Shown piece by piece: positions 37,866 through 48,705 of a stretch of 64,000 bases of DNA. This DNA comes from Amphiscolops sp. MND2022 (lineage: Eukaryota), in the NCBI GenBank assembly GCA_964187785.1, contig OZ076409.1, positions 60,638,001 through 60,702,000 of the forward strand. Direction: 5' to 3'. Each line of letters opens with the position of its first letter. Position 1 is the stretch's first letter. The notes beneath the pieces were generated by a model, which was given only the letters and a program-made list of their open reading frames with translations, ran no database searches and was not told the origin of the DNA. The position numbers and the translations under genes are program-made.

Positions 37866-40800
37866 ATGGACTCCCGTCCAATTGCTTCTGTTGTTGATCC
37901 TGGGGCCCAGAGTGGTCATGAGACTCAATACGTGTTCTCGGAGGGAGAAATGCGTCATAGTGACGCGGACAACGCCCGTTTGCGGGCAGTTAGTAAGTAC
38001 TTTTTATTGCCTGATCCATTAAGTTTTAGTGAATGATACTACTTCCAGATAGGCCTTTTCTGTTTCATATCTTCACAGCTTAGTTTTTCTTGACGCGTCG
38101 ATGTTGGGATTGTACTTTTCTTTCAGAGCCCAAGGTGGTACCTCCTCCTCCTCCTCCTCCTCCTCCTACACCTGCTGACGTAGGTTTGGACGACACTCCT
38201 GCGGTCAACTCTAGTGTGGCCCCTTCTGTGGGTCCAGCTTGTACCCCCTGTGTTTCTTCTGTTCCTGTCTCTGGTGGTGCTGAGACTCCTGATGTGTCAG
38301 GTTCAAAACCTGGCGTTACTCTTCCAGAGCCACCTGTTGGTTCTTCTTGCGGAGGCGAGATGACAACCCCCCCCCGCGGGCGATGATGACGTTTTCGGGG
38401 CGACAACTCAGAGAGCTGGGATCCTTAGTCAGACTTCCAGATCTCCTCGGTTGTCATCTTTCTTGCCGGGTTTTGGTAAAACTTGTGCTGCCCTGGCGCA
38501 ATCAAAATCTCGGAAAAGAGGTAAGTTTGAAGTGTTATCTTGGTTTCTATATTGTGTGGTAGCTTTGTTGTTTCATTTTCCTCTTCTCTTTCCGCTCTTG
38601 TTGTGACGGTTGTACTTTCGTTGGCATAATGTGTTGATGTTATAGTCGCGTCTACTGCTGCTGAAAGAACTGGGACAGGGTCTTCTGGCAAGAGAAAACG
38701 ACAAGTGCACGTCCAGACGGCTAACTTGCAACTTGCTCAGCTGACTGTGAGCGGTAATAAAAATTTCTCTTTCTTGTAACCATAACTTAGAGAGTGGTGA
38801 TGGCAGTTTGAGTATGTATCTATTTTGTTTGTAGATTCTGGTGATTGTACTGCTCAAGACATCTCTGGAGTTAGCGATATTCCGGAGGCTGAACGTGCTG
38901 CAGTTGGACCTGTTCTGGCGAGTGAGTATTTGTATTATTATCGTGTTCGTTGTTTTCTCTTTTTCCTTTCTTTTTTCTCATTGGTACGTTTCGTAATCGT
39001 CATTTGAGCGTTTTCTGTTGTTGCGCAGTTGTTATAGTCATGTTTTGGGTGGTGTTAATTCGTAGTTGTGTCGTTACATAGGGATGCAAGATCTCATGTC
39101 CCGAATGGAGAGTAGCCTGGAGGCTGTCGCCCTGCGTGAGAGTCCTGTCAGGAAGTATAGCAGTTGTCATCACTTGCGGAAAAACATGGTGGGCAATCAT
39201 CCAGTCTTCAGTTTGTTCGTCAGTGTGGCCAGCAACGGGTCTGCATCGCGCTTCCACTGCATGATCTGTAAGCGCGATGTTTCGATGCAGTCTCGAGGTG
39301 CACGAGAGTTCGTTCGTCATTTCTCCGGAGATCGCCATTGGACACGAGATGTGGCATACCGAGTGCAGCATGGTATGCCAGTCTTTGATCAATTGATGAA
39401 ACCTCTCGAGTTAACGTCTGAACAGCGGGCTGAGTATCTTAGTCAGGACGCGGTTGAAAAAGACGAGGGTTTCAGTTTCGCCGAAGATTTGTTGCCTGCA
39501 TGCACTCGGGTCGATTCGACGATTCCTCTCGTCACTATGGTGAATTGTGTCGCTGAATTGTGTAGGTGGGGCGGCAGCTACGTCTTGCTTCGTAAACTGT
39601 GGGGCAACTTCCGTGCCACTCTGGGGCCTGACAATCCCTTATACAGTCTTCATTGGAACCGCCCTGAGACACTGGTCAGTAGGTTTTATAGTATTGTTCT
39701 TCAATGTACATAACGTGGTCGTCATATTTAGATAGCTGGTTGGTAGTGTGGATTGAGGGATTTGTGTTTTAGTCGTTGATTTGTCGTGCCTTGTTCCCTC
39801 GGGTGCTGCGCTTCATCACCTCCCGTGTGACAGCTTTCAACTGCTACAGTGTGCGGTTTGAAGAGCGTTCTGATGGCCAGTATTGTTTCGTGCAAACTTG
39901 GGATGAAGAGACCTTTCTGGACATCTGCATCAACGTGGAACCTCTGGGTCAGCGAGTGCCTCAATCGGAGTTGTCGTCATTATCGCGTATCATCACAAGT
40001 CTGCCTTCATCTCCCTTCCCCATCAGTATTCGTGGTCTTGGCCCTTCAGTTCTGCGGGTGCTTAGCGACGAGCGTAACGATGGTCATCGTTTTGTGTATG
40101 CCCGAGAGTTCTCCCCTGATGTGTTCCTCCATTGCTATCGTTTGGCCCATCAGGAGATTTTTGGGCTTTTGGAAGTCACCACCATGGTTGATTTCCTGAT
40201 GCTGCGTCTGCACGGGGCATTGCAGGAGCCCTGGATGGAAGATTTGCCTGAACTTCGTCGCTGTGTGGTTGCCGGGAAAGTGACCTTCGATGAGCTTCGT
40301 GGGGTCGTGGCAGAGTTGATGTCAATCTGGGAGACAGTCAGGGAATACGTCCGATACACGAGTCCCCGACACATCAAGAGTGAGTCCGACAAGGTGGGTA
40401 TATTTTTGTTTCACGGGGGTATTAGTAGTCTTGTGGTAGGGTATCATCACTGTGACGGTTGGGCTAGGTATTCATTCTGCTGTTGTTGGTTAGATGCGCG
40501 GCACTGACACTCTTGTCTATTCCGAGACAACGAACAAATTGCGACTGGGGATGTTGCTTCATGTACTTGATCTGTGTAAGTTGTTTTTAGTTTTTCTTTT
40601 CATCGTTGGTATCGTCGGTCTTTTGATAGCTTGTGTAATATAGTGGTCACTTTTGTCGTGTTTTCGTCTATGTGGCGTAGTCTTCGATAATTTGTTCTTA
40701 TTTTCTTCTTGTGTTTAGATCATTGCACTTTCAAGAAACAGAGGTCTGGTCGTGTTGATTACGCGTTCCATGCGTATAATGAAATATGCCAGTTTGTGTA

Positions 40801-42034
40801 CTGTTTGCTGACCCGTAGCCGCAAGTTGTCTAGTCTGCCACCTCTCGACGATTGGGAATCGTACATGGATTCTTCGAAATTGGAGTCGTTTGAGAAGATT
40901 AGCAGTGACGACTTCTTGACCAATCATGAGTTCGGAGCTGAGTTACATCGCTCAAGTACCAGCGAGGTGTGCGAAATTCGTAATCGTTGTCGGGAATTCG
41001 TCGATCGTCTGGTTGACGTGATCTTGAGTCAGCAGGTCGTGTCCTCCGATTTCCTTCAGGGGCTGTATTGCTTCTGTCCTGACTTGCTGCTAGAGGGGGA
41101 CGATCGCCATATCTTCCAGCTGTTCTCTCGACTGGTTCGTGTGCTTGAGCGTTGTGGTTGTCTTTCTAGTAGTGATGCCCTGACTGGTCGTGAGGAATTT
41201 GCTACATTTGTCGTCGATGCTAGGACGCGACATCGTGACTCAGAGAAAAGCGCGGAACAGATTAGAGATGTTACTGCTTATCTGCTTTCTGATTACAGTT
41301 TTATGTCGCGAAGGAGTCTGGTGCGAGTCTTGAAAGTATGTTGTTTGGTGGTGGATCGTCCTCGGAGGAAAATGCCCGATATTGAGATTGACTTGAAAGA
41401 TTGTGCTGTTCCTGCTGCCGTCGTGATGTCGTGTTTGAGGGGCGTTCAAAGTCATGTGTCCTCTCCTGATTACAGACAGGATGCTTTCTTCACTCAAGGC
41501 ACAATAGAGAGTGTTCGTGATGCGATCGCTAGTAGTCGCAATTTCATGTCGTGTGCTGGTTTTGATCCGTGGGAGAGCGTGTCGATTGGCGAACGTTCAT
41601 CTTTCGTCCAGAAGTATTCGTCAGCTTTTGATGCCTACTTGAGTCGCAAGAAGAGCGAGGCTGCTAAACAACTACATAGTGCGAATCGACAGCCACGTCA
41701 CGTTCAGTTCTCTTATTCAGGTGGTTCGGGCAAGTCAAGTACCTGTATTTCTCCTCGTGCTGTGTTGCCGAGTTCTTCGTTTGCTGTTGCTCCTTCGGGG
41801 TCAGGTTCTGAAGTTGGGTCGTCAAAACAGCGCTCATATACTGCTGAGTCTGCGTTAGCTGCTATTTTGGAACAAAAGAAAGAGGCGAACCCCACTGGTA
41901 AAGAGTCGGCTGTTCAGAAAGAGGCCTCCCCTAAACGTGTCGTCAAGGATTCGGCGAAGGATCAGAAGAAAGATGCCACGAAGAGTCCAAAGCCGTCTAA
42001 AAAACGGTCGGGTTCCAAAACAGAGCGCGATTGA
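37866..42034 (+). CDS. 8-exon antisense gene inside the Gypsy element; about 1,108-aa protein with a disordered N-terminus, C2H2/BED-like zinc finger and basic C-tail; one +1 frameshift in a C9 run
   Basis: Exons 37866-37992, 38127-38520, 38646-38753, 38835-38921, 39082-39674, 39773-40393, 40494-40575 and 40719-42034. All introns are GT-AG and T-rich with matching phases (1,1,1,1,0,0,1). Total 3328 nt = 1109 codons + 1 extra C at 38367-38375. Zinc finger FHCMICKRDVS...RHFSGDRHW. Confidence 0.8.
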
Positions 42035-42324
42035 AGCTGATAACTGAGACTTTGGTTTTGCTGTTATTTTGAAAACTCTAGTGATAGTCTTTGTAGCTGT
42101 ATAGTTCATCCTGATATATCGGGTTGTGTTTGCTGTTTATTTGATGATTTTATTTGCTGATGTTAGAATTAGTTGATGATGGATGGCTCCTCAGTAAAAT
42201 AGTCTAGAAGTATTTGGAGTCAATAGAAAAAACCCAGAAAAATGAAGAAAAAAGGCCGTAGTATGCCAATAATTAAAGTTGTCAGGTCGGTTCGATCTGG
42301 ACACTTAGTGATACTGTTTTCTTT

Positions 42325-45300
42325 TTAGTGAGTCGTAGTGATAGCGTCAAGTAGTCTGAAGTCAGGATTAGCGTTAGGTTTAGGATTAGGTCGCAAATTG
42401 TACTTTGCTATTTTCCTTGGGTTGTATCCGACAGCTGTAGGCGGTGATCTTGGGGGAATAGGTGGACTTTCAATGGGTGGGGGGCGTCGTATGTATCGGT
42501 TATCCCCCGCGTCTGTTGTAAGATTTGAGAAGTCCGGCGACGGCGGCACTACATCGTTTGTATCTTCGATATAATTTTTTGACGTTTGCGGCGTTGTGTC
42601 TTCGTCATTAGTATTTGTCACTTCTTGTATCTCTCAGGGTAGTTGTTTCTTGTGCTTTTTGATGTTTCGTGTTCATCAATCTGCTTGCCAAAATCCATTT
42701 CCCATGATACCGCGTACCATTCATTGTGTGAGACTTTAACGTCTGGATCGGGAAGGTAGTCGTTGACTCGTACCGTGACGTCAGGCAAGCGTTGTTCAGG
42801 TACGTAAGGTCGTATTCGGGTTCTATGTAGCGTTTGCGTGTATCTCGTGCCAAGTTTTCGTATTGTGTAGTTGTTGTTTGATAATGCTTATATCACAAAA
42901 TACGGTCCTGTCCAGGTGCAGTCTTGGAACGCGAACTTTGTCGACTGATTGTCGGCTTTCGGGTTCAAGATGTAGCAGTAGTCATTCACTTTGAGCGGGG
43001 CTGCTGACGCTTTGCGGTCGTAATATTTTTTGTATTTGAGGTAAGACAGCATGATGTTGTCCTTCGCTGTCTCTCGCACTTCGTTGATTTGTTTTTGTAG
43101 TTGTTCTGCTATGTCCGAGTTAGGGGTGGTTTTCCACTTTGGCTTGATGCCCAGTTTTAAATCAAGAACGTTGTAGGGTATACGTCCGTGGAATACTGTG
43201 GATGGTTCGCAGCCCAGTGTTTCATGATACGTTGTATTGTAATTCATGACTGCAATTTGAACGTATTTGTGCCACATTGAACGTCTTTCGCCGGTCGATA
43301 TTTTAGAGCCGTTTTGATTGAAGCATGAGTTCTCTCCAAAATTCCGATTGTTTGTGCATGTTTCGTAGACGCATGGCTGATCTGGATTTCGAGTATCTGA
43401 ATTATTTCGGCAACGATTTCTGATCGGAATTGAGATCCTTTGTCTGATAGTATCAGTGTTGGCAAATATGCGTGTCTTGTCATGACGTCGACAATGCATC
43501 GTCCGATTGTTTTCGCTGTGACGTTCTGTGTTGGGTATGCGAATAGGTAGCGTGAAAATACATCAATCATCGTAACAATGTTTTGATATCCTGCAGAATT
43601 GGGTAGATTCGGCAATTTATCGATTTCAAGAATGTCCTCCGGGCCTGGGACGTGTTCTGTATTGTTGATCATCTTCGGTCTGATTTGACTGTTGTTGATT
43701 CGTTTGTATTTGATGCAGTCTTCGCATCTCATCACCCACTGTCTGATCCGTTTTGCTAGTCCGGGGTAATAATACTTTGATCTGCATTCTTGGATCATTT
43801 TTGTGATCCCTGGGTGTTTTCCCATTTGTCCGTGAAGTGCTTTCAAGAGTTCAGTAATCAAATGCTCAGGGATCAGTATTTGGTGGTGTGTAACCTGACC
43901 GCACTCTCCGTAGTATTTGCGCAGGAGTATTCCATCTTTGACTATGAGTCGGTTTTCATGGACCAGGAAACGTTTTGCCGTCGGGTCAGTTTGTAAGAGA
44001 TGTTTGTCAAATTCTTCGCATATCAGCTTCTTTTTAATTGCTTTGAAAACTGGGTTTGAGTCTTGTTCTACTCTGATGCGTGCGTCCTCTTTTATTGCCC
44101 CAAAGGTGTAAGAGGCTTTATTTATCGGGATTGGTGTCGTTTCTTTTATGGCTAGTTTTATTTTTGTCGTTTCTTCATCGCGCGCTTTTTGTCTTGCTTG
44201 TTCTTTTTGTAGGAGGATTTCTTCTTCAGTTTCAATCGTCTCATCTGGAAGGAAGAAAAGTTGTTCCTCATCTGCGACGTCGGTAGATTGTATTTTGACT
44301 TGTATTGGTCGGATTGTGATGTCCTCTCTTATTTTCAATTCGACTCTTTCTTTGGGAGTGAGTTCAATGCGTGATAGAAAGTCGGCTGCAGTGTTTTGCG
44401 TACCAGCGACGTGCATCATGTGGATATTGATTTGTAGCACATAGTCACACGCGTTCCACAGCGTAGGTGGTATGGCTTTCGTTTGAAAGAAACGCGTGAC
44501 TGACCTATTGTCGGTCATTACGAGTGTCGGTAGCGTTGTTTCCCACAGTATGTGGCTGTATTCTAGAAATGCGTGGTAAATTGCCAAGAATTCTTTGCAA
44601 TAGATAGACATTTTTAGTTAAGCTGGGGAAAATACTTTCGATCCGAATGCGACTGGGGCGAACGTTTTCCTTTTGGAATTGATTTTTTGTCATTGTCCTC
44701 TTCGATCATTAATGCATAGCCAGAGGCTCGGAAGCTGGCATCCGTCATTAGAACGTATTGCCGTCCTGTGATTGGTTGTTTGAGAGCCAATCCGCAGGCT
44801 TGCGACAGCGCTGCGTTGATCGCCTTGTAATGGTCGAGTAGTTCTTCAGTGATTTTGTGTTGTTTGTCTGCTTTCAGCAGCTCATAGAATCCGAGTAATT
44901 TTTCAGATAAGCGCGGGATGTAGTTGCGATAATAATTGACAAAACCGATGTATCTTTGTACTTGTTTTTTTTGATTTCGGAAATCGTACATTTGCTAAGA
45001 ATTTTCGTATTTTATGGTCTTGAGGGGCAATTCCTTGCGGGCTGATTGTTCTTCCAAGGAATTCAACTTCAGTCACTCCAAAATGGCATTTGTCGATAGA
45101 TAGTTTAAGTCCTGCTTGTCTGATGCATTCGAAAACAGCTCGTATGTTACGTATCAGTTGCGTCACTGATTAGCCGCAATTCCAATGTCATCCACGTATT
45201 GTGCGCACTGGTCTGCTTTGATCACTTTGTCTAAGTATTCTCTCATGAAACTTGAGAATGCTGATAAAACTCTGCTCAGTCCCTGTGCTAGGCGTTTGTA

Positions 45301-47280
45301 GGCGAACGTCCTGCTTGCGAAATTGAATGCCAGCATTTCTATGGACCTTTGATCTGCCATTTGTAGGCAGTGGTATGCTTGCGAGCAGTCTAATTTGCAA
45401 AACAACTTTTTCCAGCTAGATGTTGAGCTGCGTCTGACAAGGTACTAACTGGGTGGTTGTTGTTGATATAGTCATCTGAGATCAGTGCGTTTATCTTTCG
45501 CAGATCGACAAGTAGACGCAATTTGCCATTTGGTTTGCGTTGTGCAAAAATTGGGCTTGCATATTTTGAAAACGGCAGGGTCGTTATGATGCCGTATCTG
45601 TGCATTAGTGCTAATTCAACTGTTAGGTCTTCTTTCAAATTTATTGGTACTGGCAAGCTTTGCGTGTAGATTGGGCGTTCATCCTTCGGGGTTAGCTTAA
45701 CCTTGAAGTTGTTGTTGATGCCAATGTCAAAGCGATGGCGCGCGAAGATGTCGTTGTATTCGATTATTGTTTGTTCAAGTTGTTTCCTGTCATTACCTTC
45801 AATTTGGGAGCCTTCCCATTGGAACATGTCAAGGAATTTCTTTCTTGATTCTTGGTCATTTGTTGGGTCTAGTTCTTCTTTCTTGATGAGTTCACGGATT
45901 TCTTTCAGTATTCGCCGCTGGATTGGCGTATGCTCTTCTTCATTTCCTGGGTTCTCAGGTGTGGGAAACCAGAGATTTTCGTCACTTTGTTCAGTTTCGT
46001 TGGATTTCATGAGTTCATTTACATAAAAGTGGGTGTCATCTGGATCTTCTAGCAGTTTGAGTGCAGCGGCGTCTACTGGACGTATTTGTTTCGTGTCCTC
46101 GGGTTTGAGGATTTGTAGTTCTGCTAATTTTGTGTGATTTTTTATTGTGTGAGGGAAATCCGTTAAGTTGGCGATCCGGATGTTGAGCCTTTTGTTGTGG
46201 GCTGTCGCTAGTGCTGGTGCGACGATGATTGTTGCTGTTTCATCAAATTGTGGCAGTGGTTGTACCGCACCGGTGACGTCGTTCATGTTTGTGGTTATTA
46301 CTATTGCGTTCACTGTTGTTGTTTGTTGGGGCGGTAGTGTTTGATTGCCTTCTGCCATTAATTGGAGTGGTTTCGGACTGCATTTTTTCATCTCGTCTGT
46401 CATGGCTAGCGTCATTTCGACGTGCGGGAAATTGATAGTTCCGTTGGCGGTGTCAATTACTGCTTGGTGGTTTCACATGAAGTTCAGTCCTATGATAGGA
46501 AATGACGTTTTCGATAATATGACGAAGGTATCTGTGAAGGTGTATGTTCCAATGTTGAATTGTATGTCCGCTGTGGCTATTGGTTGCTCTAGTTGTGCGT
46601 TCGCGCATTCAATCTTGAAGGGTGGTTGTGGATATTCTTTTATGACACAACTGTCACTATTCATTTTGATCGCATTGTAGTCTGACCAGGACATGGCATT
46701 GATGAACGCGCCTGAATCGACCAGTCCATCCATTGTTATTTCGCCGAATTCGAGTGGCAAGTACAGCATTCTTCTTCTTCTTCTTCTTCTGCTTTTGAGG
46801 ACTATGGTGGAGTGGAGAGGTATGTATGCTTCCCCATCCTTTTCAGCTACGTACTCCTTGATTGAGTTGAGTGCTGTGGGAAAATTGTCTGGGAACATAA
46901 ATGTTTTGGTGGGATCATGATTATGTCCTTTGTTCTGTTGTGACGATGAGCAGTCGTCGTGGGCGTTTTCATTTTGTTCTGACTGGTTTGCAACTGGGAG
47001 TTCTCTGTTGATGAGGGGTGGTTTGGTGGGAAGATTTGTATGCTGCTGGGGGTTGTCTCTGTAATCCTTATCGTGGGTGTAGGTGTCTTCTTGTTCAGTT
47101 TGCGAGTATGGCCTTTTTATAGAAGCGAGTGCTTGTCGTCTTAGCCAGTCCTCTGTTGGTGTACCGTTGCATTCAATCGTTGAGTTGTTATCGTATGTGG
47201 TAGGGGGATCCTCGGTTGAATACGCCCTCGCGTCTACTTTTTCCCCAAAACGCAGGCGCGGCGTAATTAGTTTTTTGGTT
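42325..47280 (-). pseudogene. pol: Gypsy pol (protease, dUTPase-like spacer, RT, RNase H, integrase) with several frameshifts and stops
   Basis: LVDSGA (PR); LRLLVDLRKIN, LDCSQAY, YVDD (RT); MTDAS, CKEFLAI (RH); H-H-CEDC, ILSDKGSQF, ERTH, WTGPY (IN). Confidence 0.95.
47221..47276 (-). promoter_or_regulatory. Candidate -1 ribosomal frameshift signal at the gag/pol junction
   Basis: A_AAA_AAC in the gag frame just before TAA; pol is in the -1 frame; a long hairpin TACGCC...GGCGTA follows. Confidence 0.75.
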
Positions 47281-48705
47281 CGGTGATGAAGTCGGTTGTT
47301 GTCATTTGGACTGGCGTGTCCCTTTTTTGTTCTTGTGTAGTGTGACGTTTTGGACGCGGGTCGTTGGCAGCGTTGGCTCCATTCCAACAATTTTCCGTCT
47401 TGTGGGGCTTGCCGCACGTGTCGCATTTAAGTGATTTGCCTGAGTTATTGTTGGTTTGGCCATGGTCTCTTTTGGTTTGCATCCATTTATCTCTTTTCAT
47501 TTTCCTACATTCCGCTTTGTAGTGTCCAAATTTGTTGCAGTAGAAGCAATACCCTTTCTTGGCGTTTTGCGTCGTATTGTCGGCTTGTTTGGGCTCAGTG
47601 TTCGGTGGGGCTGGTTCTACTTTGTTTAGTGGTACTAGGGTCACCTCGTCCGGCGCACCGAGACTGTTAAGTCTCATTTCCCTTTCTAGGTGGAGTAGGA
47701 TGTCGTTGTAGGGTTTGTCTTCAAGATACGCCCTGTTTAGTAATTTCTTTACGTGGTCTGGCATTTTTGCATAGATCGCCTTATCAATAAATTGTTGGGC
47801 TTCAGAGCCGAAGGCTTCTTTGGCAGTTTTTTGAAGTACCTCCAGAAATTCGTGGAGCTTTTGGTTGGAGGGATCGAATTTGAGCGCATCCCATTCGCAT
47901 CTTGCTTTGGCCATAGACAGATAGTCTCCGAAACGTCGTTTGAAGATCGTCATGATTTCATCAAGGGAATCTTTTTTCGTATCTTCGATATTGCGGAACG
48001 CCTGTAAGGCATCTCCTCTGAGTAAGAGTGGAAATAGTTTATTTTTTGGAGTTCCGTAAGGTGCGGGTACATTTTGATATTATTGCGAAAAAGGTCTTCG
48101 AAAAGCTCGAATTTTTCCGACTTCCAGTCGAAGGTCGGGAGTGACGCCGTTAGTGCTTTTGGCATGGGCAGTGCAGTGCCGTCATATTTATCCGTTGCAA
48201 ATAACGTCCTTGCCACTACTGGACGTTCTTTTGACGTCGGTTGACTTTGGGACCGGGCTTTTGTTCTATTTGGCTGGTTTGTGGAGTCGGTTAGGACTCC
48301 TGTCACCATGTTACGACATACGTTCGGGTCGTTTTGTGTAGAATTTATCCTGACTGATTTTGTCGGAGTATAAAAGTTTCTAGTTTCGTTTTCCGTTTCC
48401 TCATCAAAGTTATCCCTAGCATCCTCTCTTGTTTTAGGTTTGAGGAGTTCCAACATCTCCTTTTGAGACTCGACGAGGAGATTTTTGATCTCAGATGTTA
48501 TCTCTTCCTTCAAAGACGCCCTTAAACTCTCCAAGAGGCTATTTTCAATTCGGGGCGATTTTGGTTTAGATGGACCCGCTACTACTACGTCCTGATCCGA
48601 AGAACAAGAAACTTCTATTAGTATTGGCGAAACAAAGCCCTCACTTACGTTTCTATCCCCTCCTTGTTGGTCATTCCTTTTTTTCTGGCTTCTTGTTGTT
48701 GACAT
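47267..48705 (-). pseudogene. gag: Gypsy gag with two zinc knuckles, one frameshift; ATG lies inside the 5' LTR
   Basis: MSTTRSQKK start at 48705; LPTFDWKSEKFELFEDLF; CFYCNKFGHYKAEC and CDTCGKPHKTENC. Confidence 0.9.
48294..48308 (-). promoter_or_regulatory. Primer-binding site TGGTGACAGGAGTCC (tRNA-Leu-like)
   Basis: Directly abuts the LTR end CA. One mismatch from the TGGTGTCAGGAGT tRNA-Leu-type PBS. Same PBS start at 61807. Confidence 0.7.

Noticed and set aside
38080..38406. Gly-rich minus-strand ORF and other shadow ORFs over the Gypsy, Copia and Tc1 coding regions
   Set aside because: Antisense shadows of better-supported frames.
36719..42034. env gene in the Gypsy extra region
   Set aside because: The large gene is antisense and spliced; neither ORF shows an evident signal peptide plus C-terminal TM layout.
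46769..46790. Poly-Arg run before the protease
   Set aside because: Simple (AGA)n slippage; no evidence of function.
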